From the IMG/VR virus record IMGVR_UViG_2671180770_000025: a stretch of DNA of 41,019 nt. One strand, given 5' to 3'. Under the pieces are notes generated by a model. The model searched no databases and had not been told where the DNA came from. It saw only the letters and a list, made by a program, of their open reading frames with translations. This stretch comes from a virus (lineage: Duplodnaviria; Heunggongvirae; Uroviricota; Caudoviricetes). Positions 8,619 through 16,492 of this stretch are shown piece after piece. Position 1 is the stretch's first letter. The number at the start of each line of letters is the position of its first letter. The translations under genes were made by a program, and so were the position numbers.

Positions 8619-9271
8619 TGAGTAATAAATATTGCCAGGCGCTGGCGGAACTGCGGAACAAACCAGCCCATGAACTGAAGGAAGTGGGCGATCAGTGGCG
8701 CACGCCGGACAACATTTTCTGGGGAATTAACACCCTGTTTGGCCCGTTTGTTCTGGATCTGTTCACTGACGGTGATAACGCCAAATGTGCTGCGTATTAC
8801 ACGGCGGAAGACAACGCGCTGGCGCATGACTGGTCAGAACGCCTTGCGGAGCTTAAAGGTGCTGCCTTTGGTAATCCCCCATACAGCCGCGCCAGTCAGC
8901 ATGAGGGGCAATACATTACCGGCATGCGTTACATCATGAAGCATGCCAGTGCCATGCGTGATAAAGGCGGGCGCTATGTTTTCCTGATCAAAGCTGCCAC
9001 CAGCGAAGTGTGGTGGCCGGAAGATGCAGATCATATTGCTTTTATTCGCGGGCGTATTGGTTTTGAACTGCCTGCCTGGTTTATCCCGAAGGATGAGAAG
9101 CAGGTGCCGACAGGCGCTTTCTTCGCTGGTGCTATTGCTGTTTTCGACAAGACCTGGAAGGGACCGGCAATCAGCTACATCGGGCGCGATGAACTTGAGG
9201 CATGTGGTGAGGCCTTTCTGGCGCAGGTTCGCCAGCAGGCAGAAAAACTGGTCAGGGAGATGGCGGCATGA
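8618..9271 (+). CDS. dam: Phage DNA N6-adenine methyltransferase (Dam-like)
   Basis: Catalytic motif FGNPPYS (DPPY-type); ATG overlaps the upstream stop (TAATG). Confidence 0.75.
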   Translation: MSNKYCQALAELRNKPAHELKEVGDQWRTPDNIFWGINTLFGPFVLDLFTDGDNAKCAAYYTAEDNALAHDWSERLAELKGAAFGNPPYSRASQHEGQYITGMRYIMKHASAMRDKGGRYVFLIKAATSEVWWPEDADHIAFIRGRIGFELPAWFIPKDEKQVPTGAFFAGAIAVFDKTWKGPAISYIGRDELEACGEAFLAQVRQQAEKLVREMAA

Positions 9272-9594
9272 CGACGTTAACTCAATGCCAGCAGCAGGTG
9301 CTGGATATGCTGATTTCTTATCAGAAAGAACGTGGCTTCCCGCCAACCAATCAGGAGGTGGCAACCATGCTGGGATACCGTTCAGTGAATGCAGCGGTGG
9401 AGCATCTTCGCGCACTGGAGAAAAAAGGCGTCATCACGATAAAGCGTGGCGTGGCCCGGGGCATCACGCTTCATACCGCGGTGAAGGACGACGACAGCGA
9501 GGCGGTCGGGATTATCCGCTCACTGCTTGCCGGTGAGGAAAACGCAAGGCTGCGTGCAACCCACTGGTTACATGAGAGGGGCCTGAAAGTATGA
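9268..9594 (+). CDS. LexA N-terminal DNA-binding domain protein lacking the S24 peptidase domain (108 aa)
   Basis: MTTLTQCQQQVLDMLISYQKERGFPPTNQEVATMLGYRSVNAAVEHLRALEKKGVITI aligns to the E. coli LexA N-terminus; no Ser-Lys peptidase domain follows. Confidence 0.7.
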   Translation: MTTLTQCQQQVLDMLISYQKERGFPPTNQEVATMLGYRSVNAAVEHLRALEKKGVITIKRGVARGITLHTAVKDDDSEAVGIIRSLLAGEENARLRATHWLHERGLKV

Positions 9595-9980
9595 AGCTGA
9601 TCCTGCCTTTTCCACCCAGCGTGAACACGTACTGGCGACACCCCAACAAAGGGGCGTTTGCTGGTAAGAGCCTGATAAGCGCGGCGGGGCGAAAATTCCA
9701 GAGCGCGGCGTGTGCAGCAATAGTTGAGCAGTTACGTCGTCTGCCGAAACCAACGTCGGCACCTGCTTCAGTGGAGATCGTGTTGTTTCCTCCGGATAAC
9801 AGGATCCGCGATCTGGACAACTATAACAAGGCGCTGTTTGACGCCCTGACCCACGCGGGGGTGTGGGAAGACGACAGTCAGGTGAAAAGAATGCTGGTGG
9901 AGTGGGGATCGGTTATCCCGGAAGGGAAGGTCGAGATCACTATCAGTAAGTACGAGAAAACGGCGGGTGCAGCCGCCTGA
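9591..9980 (+). CDS. rusA: RusA Holliday-junction resolvase
   Basis: N-terminal LPFPPSVNTYWR motif and conserved acidic residues (DLDNYNKALFDAL); ATG overlaps the upstream stop. Confidence 0.8.
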   Translation: MKLILPFPPSVNTYWRHPNKGAFAGKSLISAAGRKFQSAACAAIVEQLRRLPKPTSAPASVEIVLFPPDNRIRDLDNYNKALFDALTHAGVWEDDSQVKRMLVEWGSVIPEGKVEITISKYEKTAGAAA

Positions 9981-9999
9981 TCAAGAGGAGAAACGAAGT

Positions 10000-10809
10000 A
10001 TGAATAATCTGATGGTCATTGATGGTATTGAAGTTCGTTGTGATGCTTATGGGCGTTACAGCCTGAACGATCTGCATCGCGCAGCAGTAGCATCTGGTGC
10101 AAATGCCAGAACCAAGGAGCCAGGAAAGTTTCTTTCCAGCCAACAAACTGTTGAGCTTGTTCATGAATTGACCAACACCCAGAATTTGGGTGTTGACCCG
10201 GTGAGTGTGATTCATGGGGGCAATGAACGGGGAACGTATGTCTGCAAAGAACTGGTGTATGCCTATGCAATGTGGATCAGTCCGTCATTCCATCTGAAGG
10301 TGATCCGTACTTTCGATATGGTAACCAGCGCACCGGAAAAATTATCCGGGCAGGCTGCTGACAAGATGCAGGCTGGTGTGATTCTGCTGGACTTTATGCG
10401 TCGGGAGTTAAACCTGTCTAACTCATCTGTGCTTGGTGCCTGTCAGAAACTCCAGGAGGCTGTTGGCTTACCGAATCTGGCACCGCGCTATGCCATTGAG
10501 GCTCCTGCTGACGCGCCTGATGGCTCAAGTCGCCCCACGCTGTCGCTGAGTGCACTGCTGAAACAGTATGGTATCCGCCTGACGGCTAATCAGGCATATC
10601 ACCAGATGGTGAAGCTGGGGATCGTCGAGCAGCGCGAACGATACAGCCGTACCGCGATTAACAACATCAAAAAATTCTGGTCGCTGACAGCGAAAGGCTG
10701 CATGTTCGGCAAGAACATCACCAGTCCCGCAAATCCGCGCGAGACGCAGCCGCATTTCTTCGAATCCCGATTCCCAGAGCTGTTAAAGCTGCTCGATACC
10801 GTTCATTGA
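10000..10809 (+). CDS. KilA-N domain protein (antirepressor-like)
   Basis: N-terminal KilA-N signature (MVIDGIEVRCDAYGRYSLNDLHRAA ... YAMWISPSFHLKVIRTFD); SD AGAGGAG upstream of ATG 10000. Confidence 0.65.
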   Translation: MNNLMVIDGIEVRCDAYGRYSLNDLHRAAVASGANARTKEPGKFLSSQQTVELVHELTNTQNLGVDPVSVIHGGNERGTYVCKELVYAYAMWISPSFHLKVIRTFDMVTSAPEKLSGQAADKMQAGVILLDFMRRELNLSNSSVLGACQKLQEAVGLPNLAPRYAIEAPADAPDGSSRPTLSLSALLKQYGIRLTANQAYHQMVKLGIVEQRERYSRTAINNIKKFWSLTAKGCMFGKNITSPANPRETQPHFFESRFPELLKLLDTVH

Positions 10810-10810
10810 G

Positions 10811-11806
10811 GTGACCGTGAGAGCACTACTGACCCCTGAAATTGCCCCGCGTATGGGGATCGTATTGTTCAGGCCAGGTTCAGAGCTGATGCCCTTGTTT
10901 ATGCAGGGGCGTGTCCTGCTGGAGCCTGAGCCGGAACGTTATTCATCTTTCGCCAGTGGTGCCGTTCCCGCGGCATCACAACCGCTGGCGGATGATCCTG
11001 CCGTTCGGGCCGTGTTCCGCAATGAGGCAGTGATCCGTCGTGCTGGTGGCGTGGAATGTCTTGAAAGCTGGTTACTTCGTGAAAAAGGCTGCCAGTGGCT
11101 TCATTCCGACTGGCACAGCGAGAACATGACAACAATGCGACACGCTCCGGGCGCAATCCGTCTGTGCTGGCACTGCGATAACCAGCTGCGCGATCAGTTC
11201 ACGGAACGGCTGGAATCAATGGCAACGGATAACTGTGCCCGCTGGGTGTTGTCTGTTGTGCGTCGGGATCTCGGTTTTGATGACAGTCACGTTGTGACAA
11301 TGCCGGAACTGTGCTGGTGGCTGATTCGTAATGACCTGGCGGACGCCTTACCGGAAAGTGCAGCCCGTAAGGCACTGAGATTACCGAAGCCTGTTGTGCC
11401 GTCTGTCACCCGGGAAAGTGACCTTGTGCCTTCGGTTCCTGCCACCAGCATCATCCAGGATAAGGCGAAAAAGGTGCTGGCGCTGAAAGTGGATCCGGAG
11501 TCGCCGGAGTCTTTTATGTTACGCCCAAAACGTCGCCGCTGGGTTAATGAAAAGTACACGCGCTGGGTTAAGACACAGCCGTGTGCATGTTGTGGAAAGC
11601 CTGCTGATGATCCCCACCACCTGATAGGTCACGGTCAGGGTGGAATGGGAACAAAAGGGCATGACCTCTTTGTGTTGCCTTTGTGCAGAAAGCATCACGA
11701 CGAGCTGCATGCGGATACCGTGGCATTTGAAGAGAAGTATGGCTCCCAGCTGGAGCTGATATTTCGTTTTATCGATCGTGCGCTGGCAATAGGTGTACTG
11801 GCGTAA
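10811..11806 (+). CDS. DUF968-family protein with C-terminal Cys/His HNH-like motif; start uncertain
   Basis: C-terminal CACCGKPADDPHHLIGHGQGGMGTKGHDLFVLPLCRKHHDELH; typical nin-region position. Confidence 0.55.
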   Translation: MTVRALLTPEIAPRMGIVLFRPGSELMPLFMQGRVLLEPEPERYSSFASGAVPAASQPLADDPAVRAVFRNEAVIRRAGGVECLESWLLREKGCQWLHSDWHSENMTTMRHAPGAIRLCWHCDNQLRDQFTERLESMATDNCARWVLSVVRRDLGFDDSHVVTMPELCWWLIRNDLADALPESAARKALRLPKPVVPSVTRESDLVPSVPATSIIQDKAKKVLALKVDPESPESFMLRPKRRRWVNEKYTRWVKTQPCACCGKPADDPHHLIGHGQGGMGTKGHDLFVLPLCRKHHDELHADTVAFEEKYGSQLELIFRFIDRALAIGVLA

Positions 11807-11819
11807 GTGGAGAACGAGC

Positions 11820-12572
11820 ATGAACCTTGAAGCCTTACCGAAATATTACTCCCCAAAATCTCCAAAATTGAGCGATGACGCACCGGCGACAGGCTCTGGT
11901 GGTTTAACAATTACGGATGTGATGGCTGCGCAGGGGATGGTGCAGTCGAAAGCACCGCTTGGGTTTGCCTTATTCCTGGCAAAAGTTGGTGTTCAGGATC
12001 CTCAGTTTGCGATTGAAGGTCTGCTCAATTACGCGATGGCACTGGATAACCCGACATTGAATAAATTGAGTGAAGAAACCCGGCTACAGATTATTCCTTA
12101 CCTTGTGAATTTTGCCTTTGCTGATTATTCCAGGTCTGCGGCAAGTAAGGCTCGCTGTGAGCATTGTGCTGGTACTGGATTTCATAATGTATTGCGCGAA
12201 GTGGTGAAACACTCCAGAAGCGGGGAATCTGTTATCAAGGAAGAGTGGGTGAAGGAACTATGTCAGCATTGTCATGGTAAGGGAGAAGTCAGCACAGCGT
12301 GCAGAGGGTGTAAGGGTAAAGGTATTGTCCTGGATGAAAAAAGGACCCGGCTTCATGGCACGCCTGTTTATAAGATTTGTGGGCGTTGCAATGGAAATCG
12401 GTTTAGCCGTTTACCAACCACACTGGCGCGGCATCATGTCCAGAAGCTGGTACCAGACCTGACGGATTATCAGTGGTACAAAGGATATGCAGATGTCATT
12501 GATAAACTGGTGACAAAGTGCTGGCAGGAAGAAGCATATGCTGAGGCGCAATTAAGAAAAGTGACGAGATAA
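11820..12572 (+). CDS. Q: Late-gene antiterminator Q
   Basis: Cys-rich zinc-finger region (CEHCAGTG ... CQHCHGKG ... CRGCKGKG ... CGRCNG) in a lambdoid Q-like protein directly upstream of a strong promoter and terminator; SD GTGGAGAA. Confidence 0.7.
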   Translation: MNLEALPKYYSPKSPKLSDDAPATGSGGLTITDVMAAQGMVQSKAPLGFALFLAKVGVQDPQFAIEGLLNYAMALDNPTLNKLSEETRLQIIPYLVNFAFADYSRSAASKARCEHCAGTGFHNVLREVVKHSRSGESVIKEEWVKELCQHCHGKGEVSTACRGCKGKGIVLDEKRTRLHGTPVYKICGRCNGNRFSRLPTTLARHHVQKLVPDLTDYQWYKGYADVIDKLVTKCWQEEAYAEAQLRKVTR

Positions 12573-12603
12573 ATGATTTTCGCCGAAGATGGCGACATGA
12601 TTC

Positions 12604-12632
12604 TTGCATTTTTCAAAAAATTTGGTTAGGAT
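12604..12632 (+). promoter_or_regulatory. Candidate late promoter PR' (Q action site expected here)
   Basis: -35 TTGCAT (12604..12609), 17-nt spacer, -10 TAGGAT (12627..12632), about 30 nt after the Q stop. Confidence 0.5.
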
Positions 12633-12678
12633 TCTCCTAACGATGGGCTTTGTGTGTCTACCGTTGATAATCTTCAAG

Positions 12679-12702
12679 AAACCGCCACCGAGCGGTTTTT
12701 TA
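12679..12702 (+). terminator. tR'-like intrinsic terminator about 40 nt after the PR' start
   Basis: aaaccgc-caccga-gcggttt followed by a T-run. Confidence 0.55.
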
Positions 12703-12860
12703 TTGATGTCAATTGTGTTTTTAAGGCTCTCCTTCCTTAAAGTGTGTTGTACAAAAAACTGGCAGCCAGCTACGCTCATTTTGAAAAAGTGACACCCTTC
12801 AATGTTTCTTTTGAATGGAATTGCTACCCATAAATCTCTATCAAAAACAGGAGAGCATAT

Positions 12861-13103
12861 ATGGTGGAGCGTTGTTCTGTTTGTGAGCAGTCATTAAGTT
12901 ATTCACGAGAAGTTGAACAAGATGGCGTTGAATATAAATCTTGCCCAAAATGTTCTGCTGATGCCGGAGTGCACGTTTTTTATAAAACAATAGACTTTGG
13001 TTATAGGGATATGGGAGACGGAAGGCATATCGTTCAGTCATGGTGTCCGGCTTGTCGTTCTGGTGAAAAACCTTCTATACCACCAGCATTTAAATGTTGT
13101 TAA
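12861..13103 (+). CDS. Hypothetical 80-aa Cys-rich (zinc-ribbon-like) protein, moron between Q and the holin
   Basis: SD CAGGAGAG 5 nt upstream; CxxC pairs (CSVCEQ, CPKCS, CPACRS); AT-rich; own terminator downstream. Confidence 0.5.
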   Translation: MVERCSVCEQSLSYSREVEQDGVEYKSCPKCSADAGVHVFYKTIDFGYRDMGDGRHIVQSWCPACRSGEKPSIPPAFKCC

Positions 13104-13123
13104 CTCAATGAATTATAAAAAGA

Positions 13124-13147
13124 GGCTGCCTGTGGGCGGCCTTTTTT
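13124..13147 (+). terminator. Intrinsic terminator after the Cys-rich moron
   Basis: ggctgcc-tgtg-ggcggcc stem-loop followed by tttttt. Confidence 0.55.
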
Positions 13148-13234
13148 GTGCACTACGCAACTTTTGCGACTCAGCGCTATAACCAGCTTCTTTCCCTTCA
13201 CTCGTTGCACTTCCGATAACCGGAGGTGGGAATT

Positions 13235-13576
13235 ATGAAAATGCATAACGATCCTCATTCCTGGTCTGACTTACTTGAATTGTTACAGAGCTGGTGGCGT
13301 GGAGACACACCGCTGGGCGCAGTAATTATGTCGATCGTTATGGCTGGCTTGCGCATTGCCTATTTTGGCGGTGGTGGTGGCTGGAAGCGAAAAACGCTCG
13401 AGATTTTGCTCTGCGGCGCTCTGACGCTGACTTTTGCATCCGCTCTTGAGTATGTCGGATGGCCTAAATCGCTTTCTGTTGCCATTGGTGGTGGCGTTGG
13501 GTTGATCGGTGTCGATGCTATTCGTGGGGCTGCAATGAGAGTAATCGGTAACAAGTTTGGTGGCTCTAAGGAGTAA
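13235..13576 (+). CDS. S: Holin, lambda S-like with dual-start motif (Met-Lys-Met)
   Basis: ATG-AAA-ATG start preceded by SD GGAGG; predicted transmembrane segments; directly upstream of the endolysin. Confidence 0.6.
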   Translation: MKMHNDPHSWSDLLELLQSWWRGDTPLGAVIMSIVMAGLRIAYFGGGGGWKRKTLEILLCGALTLTFASALEYVGWPKSLSVAIGGGVGLIGVDAIRGAAMRVIGNKFGGSKE

Positions 13577-13579
13577 TTT

Positions 13580-14056
13580 ATGCAGGTACTAAATTCCCAG
13601 CGTAAAGCTTTCCTGGATATGGTTGCATGGTCAGAAGGAACGGATAACGGGCGACAACCGACACGTAACCACGGTTATGATGTTATTGTCGGTGGTGAAA
13701 TGTTTACTGATTACTCCGATCACCCTCGCAAACTTGTCACGCTAAACCCCAAACTCAAATCAACAGCCGCCGGACGTTACCAGCTTCTTTCCCGTTGGTG
13801 GGATGCCTACCGTAATCAGCTTGGCCTGAAAGACTTCTCTCCCAAAAGTCAGGACGCTGTGGCATTGCAACAGATTAAAGAGCGTGGCGCTTTGCCGATG
13901 ATTGATCGCGGTGATATCCGTCAGGCAATCGACCGTTGCAGCAATATCTGGGCTTCATTGCCGGGTGCTGGTTACGGTCAGTATGAACATAAAATCGGTG
14001 ATCTGATTGCCCGGTTTAAAGAGGCTGGTGGGGTGGTAAATGAAGTTGAGCTATAA
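13580..14056 (+). CDS. R: Endolysin, lambda R-like lytic transglycosylase (158 aa)
   Basis: Close match to lambda R as recalled (NQRKAFLDMVAWSEGTDNGRQ.TRNHGYDVIVGGE.FTDYSDHPRKLVTLNPKLKSTAAGRYQLLSRWWDAY). Confidence 0.85.
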   Translation: MQVLNSQRKAFLDMVAWSEGTDNGRQPTRNHGYDVIVGGEMFTDYSDHPRKLVTLNPKLKSTAAGRYQLLSRWWDAYRNQLGLKDFSPKSQDAVALQQIKERGALPMIDRGDIRQAIDRCSNIWASLPGAGYGQYEHKIGDLIARFKEAGGVVNEVEL

Positions 14057-14432
14057 GTTGGTTATCGCTGCATTCTTCTTTACTGTCATCGGTTCTTTCA
14101 TCTGGTCTGCCAACCACTACTACAGCAAATATCAGCACGAAAAGAAACGTGCTGATGAGGCTGTACAAAATGCCAAATCGGCAACTGTCATTACCAATAA
14201 CGTCCTGCAATCACTGCAAATCGTCAATACAGTTCTGGAGGCTAACCAGCATGCAAAACAGCAGATCGCACTGGGGTCACAGAGAACCCAGGAAGATATC
14301 AAAATGGCTGTTGCGGATGATGATTGTGCTTCACGTGCTGTGCCTGCTGCCGCTGCTGACCGGTTGCGGAAGTACGCGGACAGTTTACGTGAGCGTTCCG
14401 GTGGCACCACTGCCACCCAGCCTGACTTCTGA
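14040..14432 (+). CDS. Rz: i-spanin (Rz-like)
   Basis: N-terminal transmembrane segment (LVIAAFFFTVIGSFIW) then a charged helical periplasmic region; start overlaps the R 3' end. Confidence 0.6.
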   Translation: MKLSYKLVIAAFFFTVIGSFIWSANHYYSKYQHEKKRADEAVQNAKSATVITNNVLQSLQIVNTVLEANQHAKQQIALGSQRTQEDIKMAVADDDCASRAVPAAAADRLRKYADSLRERSGGTTATQPDF

Positions 14433-14574
14433 TACTCCTGTACCGTTTATACCTAATCCGCTGACGTATGGTGCCAGTCTGGAGCTGAATGTGAGTCTGA
14501 TGGGGGCGCTGGGAATGTGTAACAGGGATAAAGAAGATATTAGAACGATTGAGCAATCACGATCCTCGCAATAG
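14317..14574 (+). CDS. Rz1: o-spanin (Rz1-like lipoprotein), overlapped architecture
   Basis: Starts inside Rz in another frame; lipoprotein signal with lipobox LLTGC; proline-rich mature part; extends past the Rz stop. Confidence 0.6.
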   Translation: MMIVLHVLCLLPLLTGCGSTRTVYVSVPVAPLPPSLTSDTPVPFIPNPLTYGASLELNVSLMGALGMCNRDKEDIRTIEQSRSSQ

Positions 14575-14603
14575 TGGGGTTTTTTAACAACTGAGGAATG
14601 AGC

Positions 14604-14801
14604 ATGACAGTAGTTCTTACAGCAAAACAGATTGAAGACCTGTCAGCCTTCGCAAAAGAAGATGGCCAGCCCAAGTACACCATCACCACCGGGACAATCC
14701 CGAAATTCGAAGCAGAAGATGGCGAGATTATCCCTGAATACACAGGACTGATCGCCTACTCAGAGTCACTTGAGCGCGGTGTGTTGCAACTCGACGACTA
14801 G
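14604..14801 (+). CDS. Hypothetical 65-aa protein after the lysis cassette
   Basis: SD GAGGAA 7 nt upstream of ATG 14604. Confidence 0.4.
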   Translation: MTVVLTAKQIEDLSAFAKEDGQPKYTITTGTIPKFEAEDGEIIPEYTGLIAYSESLERGVLQLDD

Positions 14802-14869
14802 CGGCATTACAGCAGTCATTCACTGAGTGTATGAGATATAGCAAATTTGTATAGTATCGGAAGCGAGCA

Positions 14870-14905
14870 TTTGACATGGCTAACAATCTCAAAAGCCATG
14901 TCAAA
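14870..14905. promoter_or_regulatory. Perfect 11-bp inverted repeat with 14-nt loop between convergent genes (possible terminator or binding site)
   Basis: tttgacatggc ... gccatgtcaaa. Confidence 0.35.
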
Positions 14906-14912
14906 GCTAATC

Positions 14913-15263
14913 TTATTTATTGAAGATCTGAAATAGAAGGCTACATATCGTAGCAATATTTGCCCCATAAGATAGGTATTTTGTAAACCCTATTCTATCA
15001 AATACAGTTAGCTGCTCTTGTTCAGTAGTAGCTTTGCTACTTACCAGCTCTTCATATGCCTGCTTTAGTTGTTCCAGAGGCGTTTCAGCTCTAATTCCTG
15101 CTGCATGAAGAGCCTGGATATTATCTTTATAGTTGACTCCGTGTCCTTCATTTTCAGAGATATCAGTACCTATTATGACTAAATCTAAAGGATTACCGGC
15201 CTCGACTCTAATGCCATCACCGCCATTACCTTTAATACGGCCACCAATTAATGTTAATGTCAT
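14913..15263 (-). CDS. Hypothetical 116-aa protein, AT-rich moron on the minus strand
   Basis: SD AAGGAAAG 8 nt upstream of ATG 15263; GNGGDGIRVEAGNPLDLVIIGTDISENEGHGV looks beta-helix-repeat-like; no lipobox. Confidence 0.5.
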   Translation of the reverse strand: MTLTLIGGRIKGNGGDGIRVEAGNPLDLVIIGTDISENEGHGVNYKDNIQALHAAGIRAETPLEQLKQAYEELVSSKATTEQEQLTVFDRIGFTKYLSYGANIATICSLLFQIFNK

Positions 15264-15521
15264 TAATACTTTCCTTTATCAGATGAAAAATAAATTCTAT
15301 TTTATATCACTAGCCACGTAAAAATATAAAGAATATTTCCAGAATTGTTGTGGCTCACATTTTCTATAACTAAATACTATATCGCTGTCGTCTTTGAGTA
15401 AATGCTACTTAATCTGTCTACAAGCATTTTTATAGTCATCACAATGGGCGGATCCATCGTAATGGCTTAACATGAGCACTACTATGCTCCCTGCAAAAAA
15501 CACATAACAGAAGGGCGGACA

Positions 15522-15872
15522 ATGCCACCACGCACACCAAAGGCTTGCAGAGCAAGAGGCTGCCGCAACACGACAACCGATTCATCAGGCTACTGCGAGC
15601 TACACAAAAGCGAAGGCTGGAAGCAATACAAGCCAGGTCAGTCCCGTCATCAGCGCGGTTATGGTTCGAAGTGGGATGTTATCCGCGTGCGTGTGCTGAA
15701 GCGTGACAAAGGCCTGTGTCAGTTATGTCTGCGTGCTGGTGTGGTGCGTGAGGCGAAAACCGTTGACCACATCATCGCTAAAGCGCATGGCGGCACTGAT
15801 GCCGACTGCAATCTGCAGAGTTTGTGCTGGCCGTGTCATAAGGCGAAGACGGCCCGTGAACGGCTGAAGTAA
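15522..15872 (+). CDS. HNH endonuclease (packaging-associated)
   Basis: Cys-rich HNH core (CQLCLRAG ... VDHIIAKAHGG ... NLQSLCWPCHKAK); immediately upstream of terS. Confidence 0.8.
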   Translation: MPPRTPKACRARGCRNTTTDSSGYCELHKSEGWKQYKPGQSRHQRGYGSKWDVIRVRVLKRDKGLCQLCLRAGVVREAKTVDHIIAKAHGGTDADCNLQSLCWPCHKAKTARERLK

Positions 15873-15997
15873 GAACCAGTTCCCACTGCCAGAGGGGAGG
15901 GGCGGGTCAAATACCTGTGACCTGACGTCTTCCGGACTGCCCGCCCCATCGTTTTTTTATACCCGCGAAAAATGAAATTTAACCAGGAGTGCCGCAT

Positions 15998-16492
15998 ATG
16001 GCTGGAACGGCGGGGCGTTCCGGGCGTCGCCCCAAGCCAACGGCGCGCAAGGCGCTGGCCGGAAACCCCGGCAAGCGAGCCCTGAATAAAGATGAACCTG
16101 TTTTTACGCCCATCAAAGGTGTTGAGCCACCGGAGTGGTTCGCTGAAGAAGATCTCCCTCTCGCTACGATCATGTGGCAACTGACAACTAAAGAACTCTG
16201 CGGTCAGGGGCTGCTGTGCGTGACTGACCTCGCGGTGCTTGAGCGGTGGTGCGTGGCCTACGAGTTCTGGCGACGTGCCGTGAAAAATATTGCCAGACAG
16301 GGCAATACCATCACCGGTGCAATGGGCGGTATGGTCAAAAATCCGGAGCTGACCGCCAAAAAAGAACAGGAGTCCGAGATGAGCAGTACGGGGGCAATGC
16401 TCGGACTCGACCCCAGCAGCCGCCAGCGTCTGATTGGCCTGGCGGGGCAGAAGAAAGCCACTAACCCGTTTCTGAAAATTATCGAATCATGA
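15998..16492 (+). CDS. terS: Terminase small subunit (P27-family-like)
   Basis: Position between HNH and TerL; SD AGGAG 8 nt upstream of ATG 15998; 3' end overlaps the terL start. Confidence 0.6.
   Translation: MAGTAGRSGRRPKPTARKALAGNPGKRALNKDEPVFTPIKGVEPPEWFAEEDLPLATIMWQLTTKELCGQGLLCVTDLAVLERWCVAYEFWRRAVKNIARQGNTITGAMGGMVKNPELTAKKEQESEMSSTGAMLGLDPSSRQRLIGLAGQKKATNPFLKIIES

Noticed and set aside
12861-13103. Shiga-toxin-like cargo at the Q-to-S position
   Set aside because: Only one 80-aa ORF with no signal peptide and no resemblance to StxA/StxB architecture; kept as an unknown Cys-rich moron.
14913-15263. Bor-like lipoprotein after Rz/Rz1
   Set aside because: No signal peptide or lipobox and no similarity to Bor as recalled.
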